64,000 bases of DNA from contig CM059431.1 in assembly GCA_030390025.1 (NCBI GenBank), positions 130,450,001 to 130,514,000 on the forward strand, read 5' to 3'. The translations under genes were made by a program, and so were the position numbers. Shown here piece by piece: positions 49,018 through 60,707 of this stretch. A model generated the notes under the pieces. It did no database searches. It was not told the origin of the DNA and saw nothing but the letters and a program-made list of their open reading frames with translations. This DNA comes from Squalus acanthias. Lineage: Eukaryota. Each line of letters starts with the position of its first letter. Position 1 is the stretch's first letter.

Positions 49018-50635
49018 GCTTGGCAGCAAAATGGATTACAGGTCTCTCCAGGCTGAGATTCAAGGCTGCAATGAGCAGGGTGTGGCTGGGGAGCAAGTGG
49101 CCCCCCCCGCTTTAAGAAGTGTCCGGCGCCAGTGTGTCTGTGTTCCCTCGCTAACTGGCAGCAGCTGCGCTGCGCTCGTGCGCTGAGTTAGCGCCTCACT
49201 CCTTGGCCTTTGCGCCTTAAGAGAGGTGTGCAGCGCCTGCTTTAGCGCTCCACTCACCTCCCGGGGCGGTAAAAGTGAAGTTTCCTGTCAGTGCTGATAA
49301 TTAGCGCCAGGCGCTAATATTTGCGTCCGGACGATATTTGCGCCCCAAATGGGGCGCGACCTAATTTCTACCCCTATGGCTCTATTTATAAAGCCTAGGA
49401 TCCCACATGCTTTATTATCTGCTTTGTTCACCTGTCCTGCCAACTTCAAAGATTTGTGCACAAACACCCCCAGGTCTCTCTCTTCTTGCACCCCCTTTAA
49501 CATTGTACCATTTAGCATGTATTGTCTCTCCTCATTCTTCGTACCAAAAGGTATCACCTCACACTTTTCTGTGTCGAATTCCATCTGCCATGTGTCCGCC
49601 CATTCCAGCAGCCTGCCCATGTCCTCCTGGAGTTTATTACTATCTTCCTCAGTGTTTACTACACTTCCAAGAAATTGTGCCCTGTACCCCAAGTCCAAGT
49701 CATTAATGTATTTCAAAAACAGCAGTGGTCCAAGTACTGAACCTTGGGGAGCTCCACTGTATACCTCCCTCCAGTCCAAAAAACAGCCATTCACCCCAAC
49801 CCTCTGTTTTACACAAAAGCCTGTTTAAATTTCTAGCTTCATGCATCATGAGGAGTGGTCATGAATTTTGGAAAAATAATTTCCAAAAATTATTTGGAGA
49901 AGAATGTCCCATGTTACTACTGCTTACCATTGAGGCTGTGTTTTTTTTAAAAATCTTTGCAGTGAGTCAGCACAATAAATTTAAACTAATACGTGGCAAT
50001 TGTTGGAATAGTTTTCTGAGTTGTAAGTCTGTGGTAATGGAAAGAATAAAGGGAATAGTAGGAAAGGAATCCTAGACCTTGAAGAGTAATAAATTACATC
50101 ATTGAGAAGCTGTTTGAATGTTGAATAACATCAATTTATTCAACAGTCCATTTGTACATCTCCCCACCACATGCATTTAATTTAAAATATTCTGCGCATA
50201 AATGTCAGGTCCCAAATATGAAAAAGTAACGTTCACCACAACAGTCAGAGGAGCTGATCGCGATAAGCACACTCAGCGAGAGTACAATAAAATTCTCACA
50301 ATCTGACAACATCCTCGTTAAATTGTACTGGAAGTTTCAGCAGTTCATTCTGATGAATTAATCACACCGCTGCCTCTCTCTCTTCTCGCGTTCCTGCTCC
50401 GCCCTCCCTCTCGTTTTCGTCCCCAGTCTCTTTGTCTAGCGCTCCTCCCTCTATCCCTCCACATTGTCTCTGCGCTCTTCCGCTCCGCACCCCCCCGGCC
50501 CCCCCGCCCTGGCCCGCAATCGTGGTGAGTCAGACCCCACCCACTTGCTGCTCCGGATGACCCTGGCCCCCACACGATTCTTCCCTCCCTCCTTTGTGTG
50601 GCTCAATGCCGCAGGTCACCCGCCCGAAGCCAGAC

Positions 50636-51078
50636 AGAAACATAGAAAAATAGGAGCAGGAGTAGGCCATTCGGCCCTTCGAGCCTGCTCCACCATTCAA
50701 TATGATCCTGACTGATCCTCTATCTCAATACTATATTCCCACTTTCTCCCCATACCCCTTGATGCCTTTTGTGTCTAGAAATCTTTCTATCTCCTTCTTA
50801 AATATATTCAGTGACTTGGCCTCCACAGCCTTCCGTGGTAGAGAATTCCACAGGTTCACCACCCTCTGAGTGAAGAAATTTCTCCTCATCTCAGTCCTAA
50901 ATGTCTTACCCCGTATCCTGAGACTGTGACCCCTCGTTCTAGACCCCCTAGCCAGGGGAAACATCCTCCCTGCATCCAGTCTATCTAGCCCAGTCAGAAT
51001 TTTATACGTTTCAATGAGATCCCCTCTCATTCTTCTAAACTCTACCCAGTCGACCCAATCTCTCCTCATACAACAGTC
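50636..51078 (-). mobile_element. CR1 3' end inserted in a MITE remnant (~50480-51244)
   Basis: RRMRGDLIETYK..RRNFFTQRVVNLWNSLP; tail (tatgtttc); MITE-like end taaaattcagcac. Confidence 0.85.
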
Positions 51079-51699
51079 CTGCCACCTGACAATCTGGCTG
51101 GCTGCGGGTGGGGAATAGAGGCCTCGCATGGAAATCAGGCCCTGCCGTTAAAGTTGGCAGGGCCTGTGGGAAACTCGTTCTCCCAGGTTTCCCGCCCACC
51201 TCGGAGCCTGCCCCCAACCCGCCTTCCCCACTAAAATTCAGCACGAAGTGTCTAATCTAGAACATGTTAGTTTAAAATGTGTGATTGACAGTATTTTCCT
51301 ATTTCCTGTAGGACTAATTATACACATTTTGGAGTTATTGGACAAATTAGATGCAATGCATAGTACTTGCTAATCAAACATGGCACCATTTATTAATTTT
51401 CAATACCACCTGGAGAAAGCTGGCAAAAGCAAGCGGCACAGCAGATAAAAATTGGATAAAGACAAGGATGCATACAGAAACGTCTACCAGCAGTGGATTC
51501 AGGTCTAGCAATTTGTAACATACAGTAAATGGAAAATTATGAAGTTTAGCAAAAATAAAATGGTGTTAAGTATGGCACATGCTCATTGGCAGCATTTATA
51601 CATCGTGTCTACATCTGGTTGTAAGTGAGTTGAAAGAGTGTTTTTTCTGGGGCGGACACAGAAAGAAGTGGGGTTGGGAGGGGGAAGTGGGTGTGGGTG

Positions 51700-52003
51700 G
51701 AGAGGGATACAAGGATAAGAGATGGCCTCACCTGTGATTGACACAGTGGGAGTAGCAATGCCACGTGAGATGGCGAGGTTGAGGGTGTAGTCGTGAATAT
51801 GGGTAGGGGAGTTAATATAGGAGGAAGAAATTTAGGGAGAATAGGAGGGCAGTGAACTCAGAGGAGAGAGAGCATGATGAATTGAGATGGTGATTGAAAC
51901 CACCGAGGATTAGAAGAAGTCGCTCAGTGCAGAGGTTGAGGGAGGAAAGCAGTGAAGATATCTCATTGAGAAACTTGGCAGGGTACTTGGGTGGGCGGTA
52001 GAG
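51700..52003 (-). mobile_element. L2 endonuclease fragment
   Basis: YRPPKY, ILGGFN and PTHIH..TLNL motifs. Confidence 0.65.
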
Positions 52004-52004
52004 A

Positions 52005-52613
52005 ACAAGGGGCCCCTAGCTTTGAGAAGCTGTCAAACACTGACAATCTCTGTTCTAAGGTGAGCCCTTTCACAGAAGGCTCACCAAAACCTCTCTCCTC
52101 AGCAGAAATCAGATGGCTGCTGCATCTGAAAATGCAGCAGCATTCTATCATCTCTGCCGTTGAGATGAGGCACCTCCGGATCCCCAAGGGTTGAAGCCTG
52201 CAGGAAGAAGCAAAGGTAAGTAAATTTTTTCTAACACTTTACACTCACCTCTCATACATACCTCTCCACACTTGCACCCATCACTCACCTCTACAGCGGA
52301 CTTTTCGACCTCTCTCACCCCCGCAGACCCACTGCTCACCTTGCTGACCCTGGTGAGGTTCGCAGTCGTTGGGAAGCCCGCACTTGCAGGGGTAAAATGG
52401 GGATAAGCCTCAAAACTGCCTGTTAACTACCTGTTAACAGGCAGTTAATTGGTTCTAATCCCTTTCCCGCCTCGAGGAGATGGGTCCCTGCCTCCCAGGA
52501 AGATGGCACGGAGGCGGGTTGGGAGCGGGGTCAGTACCCGCTCCCAATTTCTGCCATTTTCCCGGCAGTCCCGCCTCCATACCCACCTCCCCAGGACTGT
52601 GAAAATTCCCCCC
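52005..52613. mobile_element. Harbinger terminal fragment
   Basis: Ends gtgaaaattccccc; GC-rich subterminal motifs as in other copies. Confidence 0.55.
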
Positions 52614-53474
52614 GAAGTGTCAACAGAGAAAAAATGTAGGAAAATCAGCCAGAAATTATTCAAAAACTGTTGAATAAATCTTGCTAGCCCTTCATCCGTT
52701 TACATGGACCGTAATTCAAAGTGGCTGTGGCCTGTGTAATCAGACGAATATGACATGGAAGGTGTTATTGTGTCACTTCCACACCATTTCCATCCAACTT
52801 GCAGGTTTCCACTTGTAAATTGGTCAGTGAATCAACGCTAGGGTCTCTACCCTTTTTCCTGTGCTATTGCAACCTGGGAACTGGGGCTTACAGCACAGTC
52901 ATAGCAGGAAAATCACACCATTTGCAAACAGGCCTGTAATTTATGCTGATGCACATTCCTTCATATTTGGTATGTGGAAGCCTGAAAGGGAAAACAACTT
53001 TTGGAGGCACAAGATTTAGATTTGAAGGGAGTGCCAAGGGGCCTACCCACTTCCACAGTAAAGTTTGATTTTTTGACAATTTGGCCCTGAATTTCACCAT
53101 TTTTTGGCATTTCTGGGGTGCTATTTCAGTGTACCTGCCCTTTGTGAGGTGCATTCTTGGGTCAGACCCACTATGGCAGCAATTGAATTTGCAACCAGAT
53201 GGTGCAATTTGAGATCGGCATTGAAGCCTCTCCATAATCTTCCTACCAATTCTCTGCTGTGGTCTTTTAAGTGAGCATCTATAGTGTTGGCGTTCTGAAA
53301 AATAACATGCGTAATGCACCAGGGGTAGTTTAGAATTATTTAAATTGGGTGTACCTGTTGCCAGTAGCAACTGATACAAAAATTATTTTGTTTGGAGTCT
53401 GAAGACTGAAGAAACTTAAAGCGCTGAATACTGAAGCCAGAACAGAAATTTTGCAGCATTTTTTTTCTTTACAT

Positions 53475-55505
53475 AGCATTACATAGTTATTCCATAGTAT
53501 TTAAAGCACAGAAACAGGCCATTCGACCCAACAGGTCCATGCTTGTGTTTATGCTCCACACAAGCGTCCTCCCACCCTTCTTCATCTAACCCCATCAACA
53601 TATCTTTCTATTCCTTTCTCCCTCATGTGTTTATCTAGATTCCCCTTAAATGCATCTATGCTCGTCGCCTCAACTACTCCTTGTGGTAGCGAGTTCCACA
53701 TTTTAACCATTCTCCGGGTAAAGAAGTTTCTCCTGAATTCCCTATCGGATTTATTAGTGACTATCTTATATTTATGGCCCCTAGTTCTGGTCTCCCCCGC
53801 AATTGGAAACATCTTCTCTATGTCTCCCTGTCAAACCTTTACATAATCTTAAAGACCTCTATCAGGTCACCCTTCAGTCTTCTCTTTTCTAAAGAAACTA
53901 GCCTCAGTCTGTTCAATCTTTCATCATCATATAACTTCTCAGTTCTGGTATCATTCTAGTCCTTTTTATAAAATGGAGACCAGAACTGTTCACAGAACTC
54001 CAAGTGTGGTCTTACCAAGGTTCGAACAAGTTTAACATAACTTCTCGGCTTTTCAATTCTATCCCTCTAGAAATGAACCCCAGTGCTTTGATTGCTTTTT
54101 TTTATGGCCTTATTAACCTGTGTCACAATTTTTAGTGATTTGTGTATCTTTACCCCCAGATCCCCCTGCTCCTCTACCCCATTTAGACACTTATTTTCCA
54201 AGCAGTATGTGGCTCCTTATACTTCCTACCAAAATGTACCCCCTCACACTTCTCTATATTGAAGTTAATTTGCCAATTACACACACCCATTTAGCAAGTT
54301 TATTAATGTCTTCCTGTATTTTGTCGCAGTGCTCCTCTGTATTAACTACACCCCCCAATTTGATGTCATCCGTAAATTTTGAAATTATACTTCCAATTCC
54401 CGATCGTTTACATAAATGGTTAACAACAGTGGTCCCAGCACCGATCCTTGTGGAACAACACTTCCCACCTTTTGCTAGTCTGAGTAACTACCTTTTACTC
54501 CTACTCTCTCTTTTCTGTTTTGTAGCCAGCTTGTTATCCATTCTGCTGCTTGTCGGCTGACTCCACATGTTCTCATCTTAGTCATGAGTCTACTACGTGG
54601 TACCTTATCGAAGGCCATTTGAAAATCCAAAAATATTACGTCTACTGCATTACACTTATCTACCCTTTCTGTTACTTCTTCAAAGAATTCAATAAGGTTG
54701 GCCAAGCATGACCTTCCCTTTTGAAAATTTGCTGACGACTCTATTATATTTTCAGTTTCTAGAAGTTTTTCCATTACATCTTTGAGTAAGGATTCCATTA
54801 TCTTTATTACCACCGACATTAAGCTAATTGGTCTATAGTTGCCTGGACCTGTTCTATCTCCCTTTTTAAATATAGGAATTGCATTAGCTGTCTGCCAATC
54901 CTCTGGCACTATAACATTTTCTAATTAATTGTCATATAAATACTAATGTCTCTTCCCTAGCTTCTTTTGAGTATGCATGGAGGCATTCCATCCGGACCAG
55001 GGGTTTTATCCTCTCTAAGTTTGATTAGTTTATCAATTATCTCCCCCCTTTCTATCTTAAATGTCATTATATCTTTTTTGATCTCTTCTCATGTCACGTA
55101 CACCATGTTAGTCTCCTGGTAAATACCAAGGCAAAGTAATGATTTAATATTTCTGCCATTTCACTGTTATTACCTGCGAGTTTATCATGCGGATCCCTTA
55201 GTGGTCCTATCCCTATCCCGATTTTTCTTTTGCTATTTATGAGTCTATCGAATACGTTACTATTTGTTTTTATATTCCTTGATAATTTAATTTTGTAGTT
55301 TCTCTTTGCCTTCCTAATTGTTTCTTTAACTTCTTTCCTAATTCTTTCGTATTCCCTTTTGTCATCCTCCTTTGTTGTCTATTTACTTCTTGTATGCCTT
55401 TTTCTTTAGTTTCAATGTTTCCCTTATTTCTTTATTCATCTATGGTGTGTCATTACTGGCTAGTTTGTTCTTGCTTTTTAGTGGGATATATTTCTCCTGG
55501 ACTTG
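53475..55505 (-). mobile_element. Older CR1 LINE
   Basis: PEDW..AN..PIFKKG, DFQ.AFDKVP and RRNFFT.R motifs; many stops and frameshifts. Confidence 0.9.
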
Positions 55506-55599
55506 CATCTGACAGCCTGTGGGCCCATGAGATCACAGGGATATTTTTACCAAGTCATAGTAAGAGGTTATAAGTGCCAGGTATGGGATTCCCAACAAA

Positions 55600-56470
55600 A
55601 ATGTCCTTGTACAGAATTATAATGAAGGAGGATGAGGAGCGGTGCAGGATGGAGGAAGGAAGAATGAGGCAGCATTTGAGCAGTGTCATACATGATTTTA
55701 CACTCCCCCCACAGAATTTACAGGCCACGCAGATGCTGTGAAGACTTTAGTGAGGAGCACTGTATTAGAAGAGAACTCTTCACCAAAGATGCAAGAAGGG
55801 AGCTGTGCCAGCAACTACATGAAGATCTGCCCAGATAGCTCTGCTTGTGGCTGTGAAAGTGACTATCACGCTCAATGTTTATGCCACCGGCTCATTTCAA
55901 GCAGCCACTGGGGATCTGTGTAATATCACCCAGGGTGTTGGCGGGCTTGCATTTGCCAGGTAGTTGACACTTTTCAAGGGAGCTGGAGACTTCAGTAGCA
56001 TGATAGGGCCATCCAGTATAATCATGTTGCTGGGTACGTGGTGTGCAATGCATGGCACCTACATTGCATGTCATAATAGAAAGTGCTACCACTTACTAAG
56101 CATCCAGATTGTGCGTGAAAACATGCAAAAAATCCTCCATGGCGGTATCAGATTTGCTGGAAGTTGTCATAATGCCTTTGTCTTCGGTAATTCGGCAACC
56201 TGACCTTTTCAAGGAAGATAGTCAAATAAATGGATGGCTTGGGGTGACAAGATGTACCCCTCTCAGAATTCCATGAACAGCAGCTGAGGAGTACGACATC
56301 AAGGCACATGCCTCTACCAGAGTTACAATAGAGAAGTATTGCAGTCTTAATGGGGAGCCTTTGCAGCTTTGGCAGATATGGGGTCTTTGAAATATGTTTC
56401 AGGTGGTGTATCCTATATAGTTATGGTTTGCTGTACTTTACACAACTTTGCCATCCAGCAGAAGACCTAC
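55600..56470 (+). pseudogene. Heavily decayed Harbinger transposase
   Basis: ALLVAVKVTITLNVYATGSFQAA, GSCHNAFV and CCTLHNFAI remnants. Confidence 0.7.
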
Positions 56471-56509
56471 TACTGAGAAAAAAAGTTTTAATTAAAAAAA
56501 AAACACAAT

Positions 56510-56981
56510 AGGAACAAAAGCAAAATACTGCAGATGCTGGAAATCTGAAATTTAAACAGAAAATGCTGGAAATACTCAGCAGGTCAGGCAGCATCTATGG
56601 AGAGAGAAACGGAGTTAACATTTCAGATCGATGACCTTTCGTCAGAACTGGAAGAAGTTAGAGATGTAACAGTTTTTAAGCAAGTACAGAGGCAGGGAAA
56701 GGGGTGGGGAGAGGAGGAGGGCAGGAAAGAACAAAAGGGAAGGTCTGTGATAGGGTGGAAGGCAGGAGTGATTAAATGACAAAAGGAAGATGGTGCAAGG
56801 CAAAAGGGTGGTAATGGAACAAGTAAAGAAACAAAAGATGGGTCTAGAGGAGCTGCAAAACCTGTTGTCCAAAAAAATAGGAGCAGTGGTTATGATCTGA
56901 AGTTATTGAAATCAATGTTGTGTCCGGAAGGTTGTAAAGTGCCTAATCGAAAGATGAGGTGCTGTTCCTCGAGCTTGCGTT
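56510..56981 (-). mobile_element. Penelope-like element 3' fragment (family of 42537-43296)
   Basis: KLEEQHLIFRLGTLQPSG.N tail and the shared pLTR sequence. Confidence 0.88.
56613..56649 (-). ncRNA. Minimal hammerhead ribozyme motif (slightly decayed)
   Basis: AGUU-CUGACGA-A-AGGUC(auc)GAUCU-GAAA-UG-UU-AACU. Confidence 0.7.
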
Positions 56982-56989
56982 AGGACTCT

Positions 56990-58200
56990 GAAGCAGGTTG
57001 CTCACACGATTGATTTGAAACAAAACATCGTCCCGGGCAACAAGACGTGCTAGGAAGGACCCTGAAGAGATCTCTCATGTAAGACTTGTTCCTCTCAGGC
57101 ATTCGCACTGACCTTTTTCTGAACTGTGATCTACTATGCTTCAAGGGCATCGTGCACTTCATTACGTTGATATCGAAGCACCTTAATGCTTTCAGTAGAG
57201 CGCTCACAGTATCTGACAATTGTTTGACTGTATGTTAGGTAACGTACTGTTTGAGTATGGACCCGCATTGAGTAGAACTGAAGCTAGTGAAGATACGCTG
57301 TAACACACCATAAATGTCACGGACAACACTGATGATTTAGCAGCATCCAAAATGACCAAATTCAGGCTGTGATTACTACAGGGCATGAACAGTGCTTTTT
57401 TGTTAATGTTTAGCTCTCTTTGTTCAGCCTTTTGCCCTTCATATGACTTCTATTGTCATCCCTGTCCTCTGCAATTATTAATATTCACTCGAGGTGGCCC
57501 ATAAGGTAACGCACATGACCTCACTGGTAGTCGCCTCAACAACAAGAAATCCAGTAAAACGTTCCGAAATTGAAGCACCAACTGATAATTCGCAATGAAA
57601 AATCCGCGGTGTAATTGCAGTGTGGGGCTGATGTCTGGTGTGTGTCCAGGATCATACTAAAATATTTTGCGGAACGAATCTGTTCAACAGTAGCCTGAAG
57701 GATTTGCTTTCCCATTCGGACAATCAATTCATTTTGAATATTTTTACTGAGGTAATGATCAATAATTTATCTTATCTTAATTCACCCCAGGTGTTGGCTC
57801 ATTTTAATACAAGTCCTTCCTATTATGGGGTAAAACTTTGCCAGCAGTCCAAATTTTCATTTCAACGATCATAAAGTTTTTCTGTAGTTCCACAAAACGA
57901 CAGATTCCGTTCTGCCAAATGACAAACAATGCAAACGAGTCTTGTTAGAACAGATCTCCACTTCCTCTCTTCCTTGGCAAGTGACTTCATGTTGACATTG
58001 TCGATAGTTTTATTGTCGATAGTTTTATTGCCGCAGATCCTTACTTTCATGTTCCGCCATGCGTCCACATTGCGCATGTGTGCTGGTGAATGTTCATGCT
58101 CTTTCAGAATAGATGAAAGGCGCTTCGATTATTGTTGGAGACCTCTTTATGTGAGTTCACATCTTTGCGTGAGTTGTCATTCTGGTCATAATGCTGGATT
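56990..58200 (-). pseudogene. Decayed hAT-family (ZMYM1-like/DUF4371) transposase
   Basis: LAERNLSFCG, AKYFSMILD and PCSNHSLNLV..DA motifs across frameshifts. Confidence 0.75.
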
Positions 58201-59005
58201 ATCAGACAATACCTGAACGACCTCTGCAAGCTCTCCTTGTGATTCAGGATCCTCTGATTAGGTTTGCACATTTTCCACTGTTTCACCCAGCATTTCTCCA
58301 AATCTCCTACCTCACAAGTTGAAGCCAATATCCGAGTGAAAGAAGCAGTTTGATCCACAGAGGTGGAACTTTCATAATTTTCTGCCTCTTGCAATGCAAA
58401 GAATGTGGTTAATTTAGGCAATGTCACCAACCATTTGGCTTTTTCCTGTGAAATTCATCATTTTGGAGCACCGCTGAAATACGAACATCAGCCACAGATG
58501 AACTGACAAGTGATGCGTAGGTAGCGATTATATAGTCGGGGACAATCGGACACCGGTTGATTGATGAGCTATTCTTGTTACCTCTATGAGTGACATTATC
58601 AATTTGTAGAGCTCCATTGATGTCTGAGTTGGCTGATCTCGCCTTTGGTGAATGAGGCTGTAATTGATTAGGGTGTATGTGGCGAGCCAAGGGAAAAATG
58701 AGCATGGGCTCCTCCTCCTGATCACTGTCGAGTGACTGTTGCTATAAAATAAGCACCTGTTGACTTTGGGGCAAGGTTCAGCTCATAATTATGGTACATA
58801 ATTCAGTACCCTGCCAATACTGACTGCTTAGCCTCAAATACAAAGAATGGCTTCTTGGGCAAAGTACTAGATGGATGCTAGTGCCAGTGGAACTCTTTAA
58901 CCAGTATGAATCACCACTGCCAGGTGATGGGAGTTCAAATCAGCTTTTATCATTCATAGTTTTGTGCTGTATACTGTTCACTTACAATTACTAACTTAAG
59001 ATAAA

Positions 59006-60707
59006 GGCCAGAATTTTCTATACCTTGGCGGGTACGATGCAGGCGGTGACCATGTCGGGTTCTGACCCCGCTGCTGCCTCTATCCGCTGTTGAAAATGAA
59101 CTTACCTTAATGGAGCCTATTAAGCCCGCCCAGCGCATTACCTGGCCCAATGAGTTGGAGCGGGTCTGGTGACGTCATTCATGACGCATTTTGAGCCAGG
59201 ATCTTTAAAGGGACCATGGCCACATTACATTTGCAGTTTTATCTAACATAGTGCTGTCAGTGCACTACAGCATTGGAGTGCTGCAAACACTGACAATGAC
59301 TGCACAGAGGCAGAGGGCTGCACCCATGTTCTCCGATGACTCCCTCCATATGCGATGGGCGGAAGAGACCTCGCCAGGAGACCAAGACAGCCTGGTTGCA
59401 GATTGCAGAGGAGGTCACAAGCAGGGATGTGGTCAGGAGGACCTGGGTGCAGTGGCACAAACCTTTCAATTATCTCATTAGATCAGGAAACATTAGTACA
59501 AAGCCACACTCAACTGCATCCTGCTGTGCCTCTCATCACATCCACATCACTCTGCCTTCCCTACCCTACTCCTGCACATCCTTCCTCACACCAACATACC
59601 TTGCACCTCCACCCATCCCTCTCTCTCTGTCTACATTATCACATCCCCATCTCACTAGCCATCCCTCACACATGCCCTGATCCCAGTGTAATCATACCAA
59701 CTAACAACACACAAGGGTAGCCACTTGGGTTTTTTATTCAATGTTGATGTAAAGTTTCTGTTAATTACATGTCAAACATAAAAATCATTATTTTCAACAT
59801 TGGACAGATTGGTGTATACCTTTGGAAGTGGCTTAGTGAGTTGCAGTGAATGGTGAAACATAACGGTACCCCCGCAATAGTGATGAGTGTGAAAGGAATG
59901 GCTTGGTCATTGTAGGGATGCTTTATGGTGTTAGTGTGGGGTGATGCCAACCTGGTGCATCATGTGGCAGCCATATGGGTGTACAGTGTAAAGTTTACTA
60001 AATCTGGCCATGATGAGGCCATCCCTCGCCTCCCGGGCAGCAATGTGCTCGGGTGCTGATGCCTTGTGTCCTGTGCAGCATCAGGTGATTGCGGAGAAAG
60101 TTGTTGTTGTTGTTGGTGCTGTTGATGCTGAGGCTCATCGTGGTCCGATTCTGAGGATCAAGGTGAGACAGTATGAACGGCGCCCATGCTGATGGAATAG
60201 ATGGCAGGGGAAGTACAGATGACAGAAGCATTCTGTCAATGGTGAGAGAGTTCTTCCAATGAGGTGACACTGGATGGAGACTTTGCTGGAAACACTTGCA
60301 GCCTGCAGAATCTGTGCTGGAAATGGACTGAGCAACAGCTTCTGCCTGAGGAAAGTGATCATTTGCCAGGTGGGAACTTTTACTGTACATTTCATGCTGT
60401 CAAGTAATCAGCTGGAGCAATGACCACTGAACTCCCGCCTCAGGTTGACAGACGTGGTTCCCGAGCTGCGTGAATCCTGTGGCCATGCAGGGAAATTTAA
60501 AAAGTAAGTGGAAACTACCTGATAATCATTTCAATTGGGTCCCCCGCCGCTGCTGGTCGGGTTGGCTTCGCGATGACAGACGCGCCTGGGGGGAAAGAGC
60601 ATGGGAGCGAGGTGACAGCTGGTTCCTGATTCGCTGTCAAAAATGACACACTTTTCCACCTGACCTGCCACCGATCGCACCTGCTACCACCCCAGAAAAT
60701 TCTGGCC
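59006..60707. mobile_element. Internally deleted Harbinger derivative
   Basis: Perfect 14-bp TIR GGCCAGAATTTTCT with AAA on both flanks; Myb exon-1 relic on plus (~59296-59490); transposase 5' relic on minus (~59990-60190). Confidence 0.82.

Larger units (their letters stand above)
45184..49374 (+). mobile_element. Full-length two-gene PIF/Harbinger transposon (4191 bp)
   Basis: TIRs GGGGTAAAAATT / AATTTCTACCCC (1 mismatch); TAT TSD (45181-83, 49375-77); convergent transposase and Myb genes. Confidence 0.95.
44606..49812 (-). mobile_element. CR1 3' portion (44606-45183 plus 49375-49812) split by the Harbinger element
   Basis: Joining the flanks restores ttttgtactcTATg(g)ctctatttataaagcctaggatccc, matching the uninterrupted paralog at 28205-28244. 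Confidence 0.9.
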
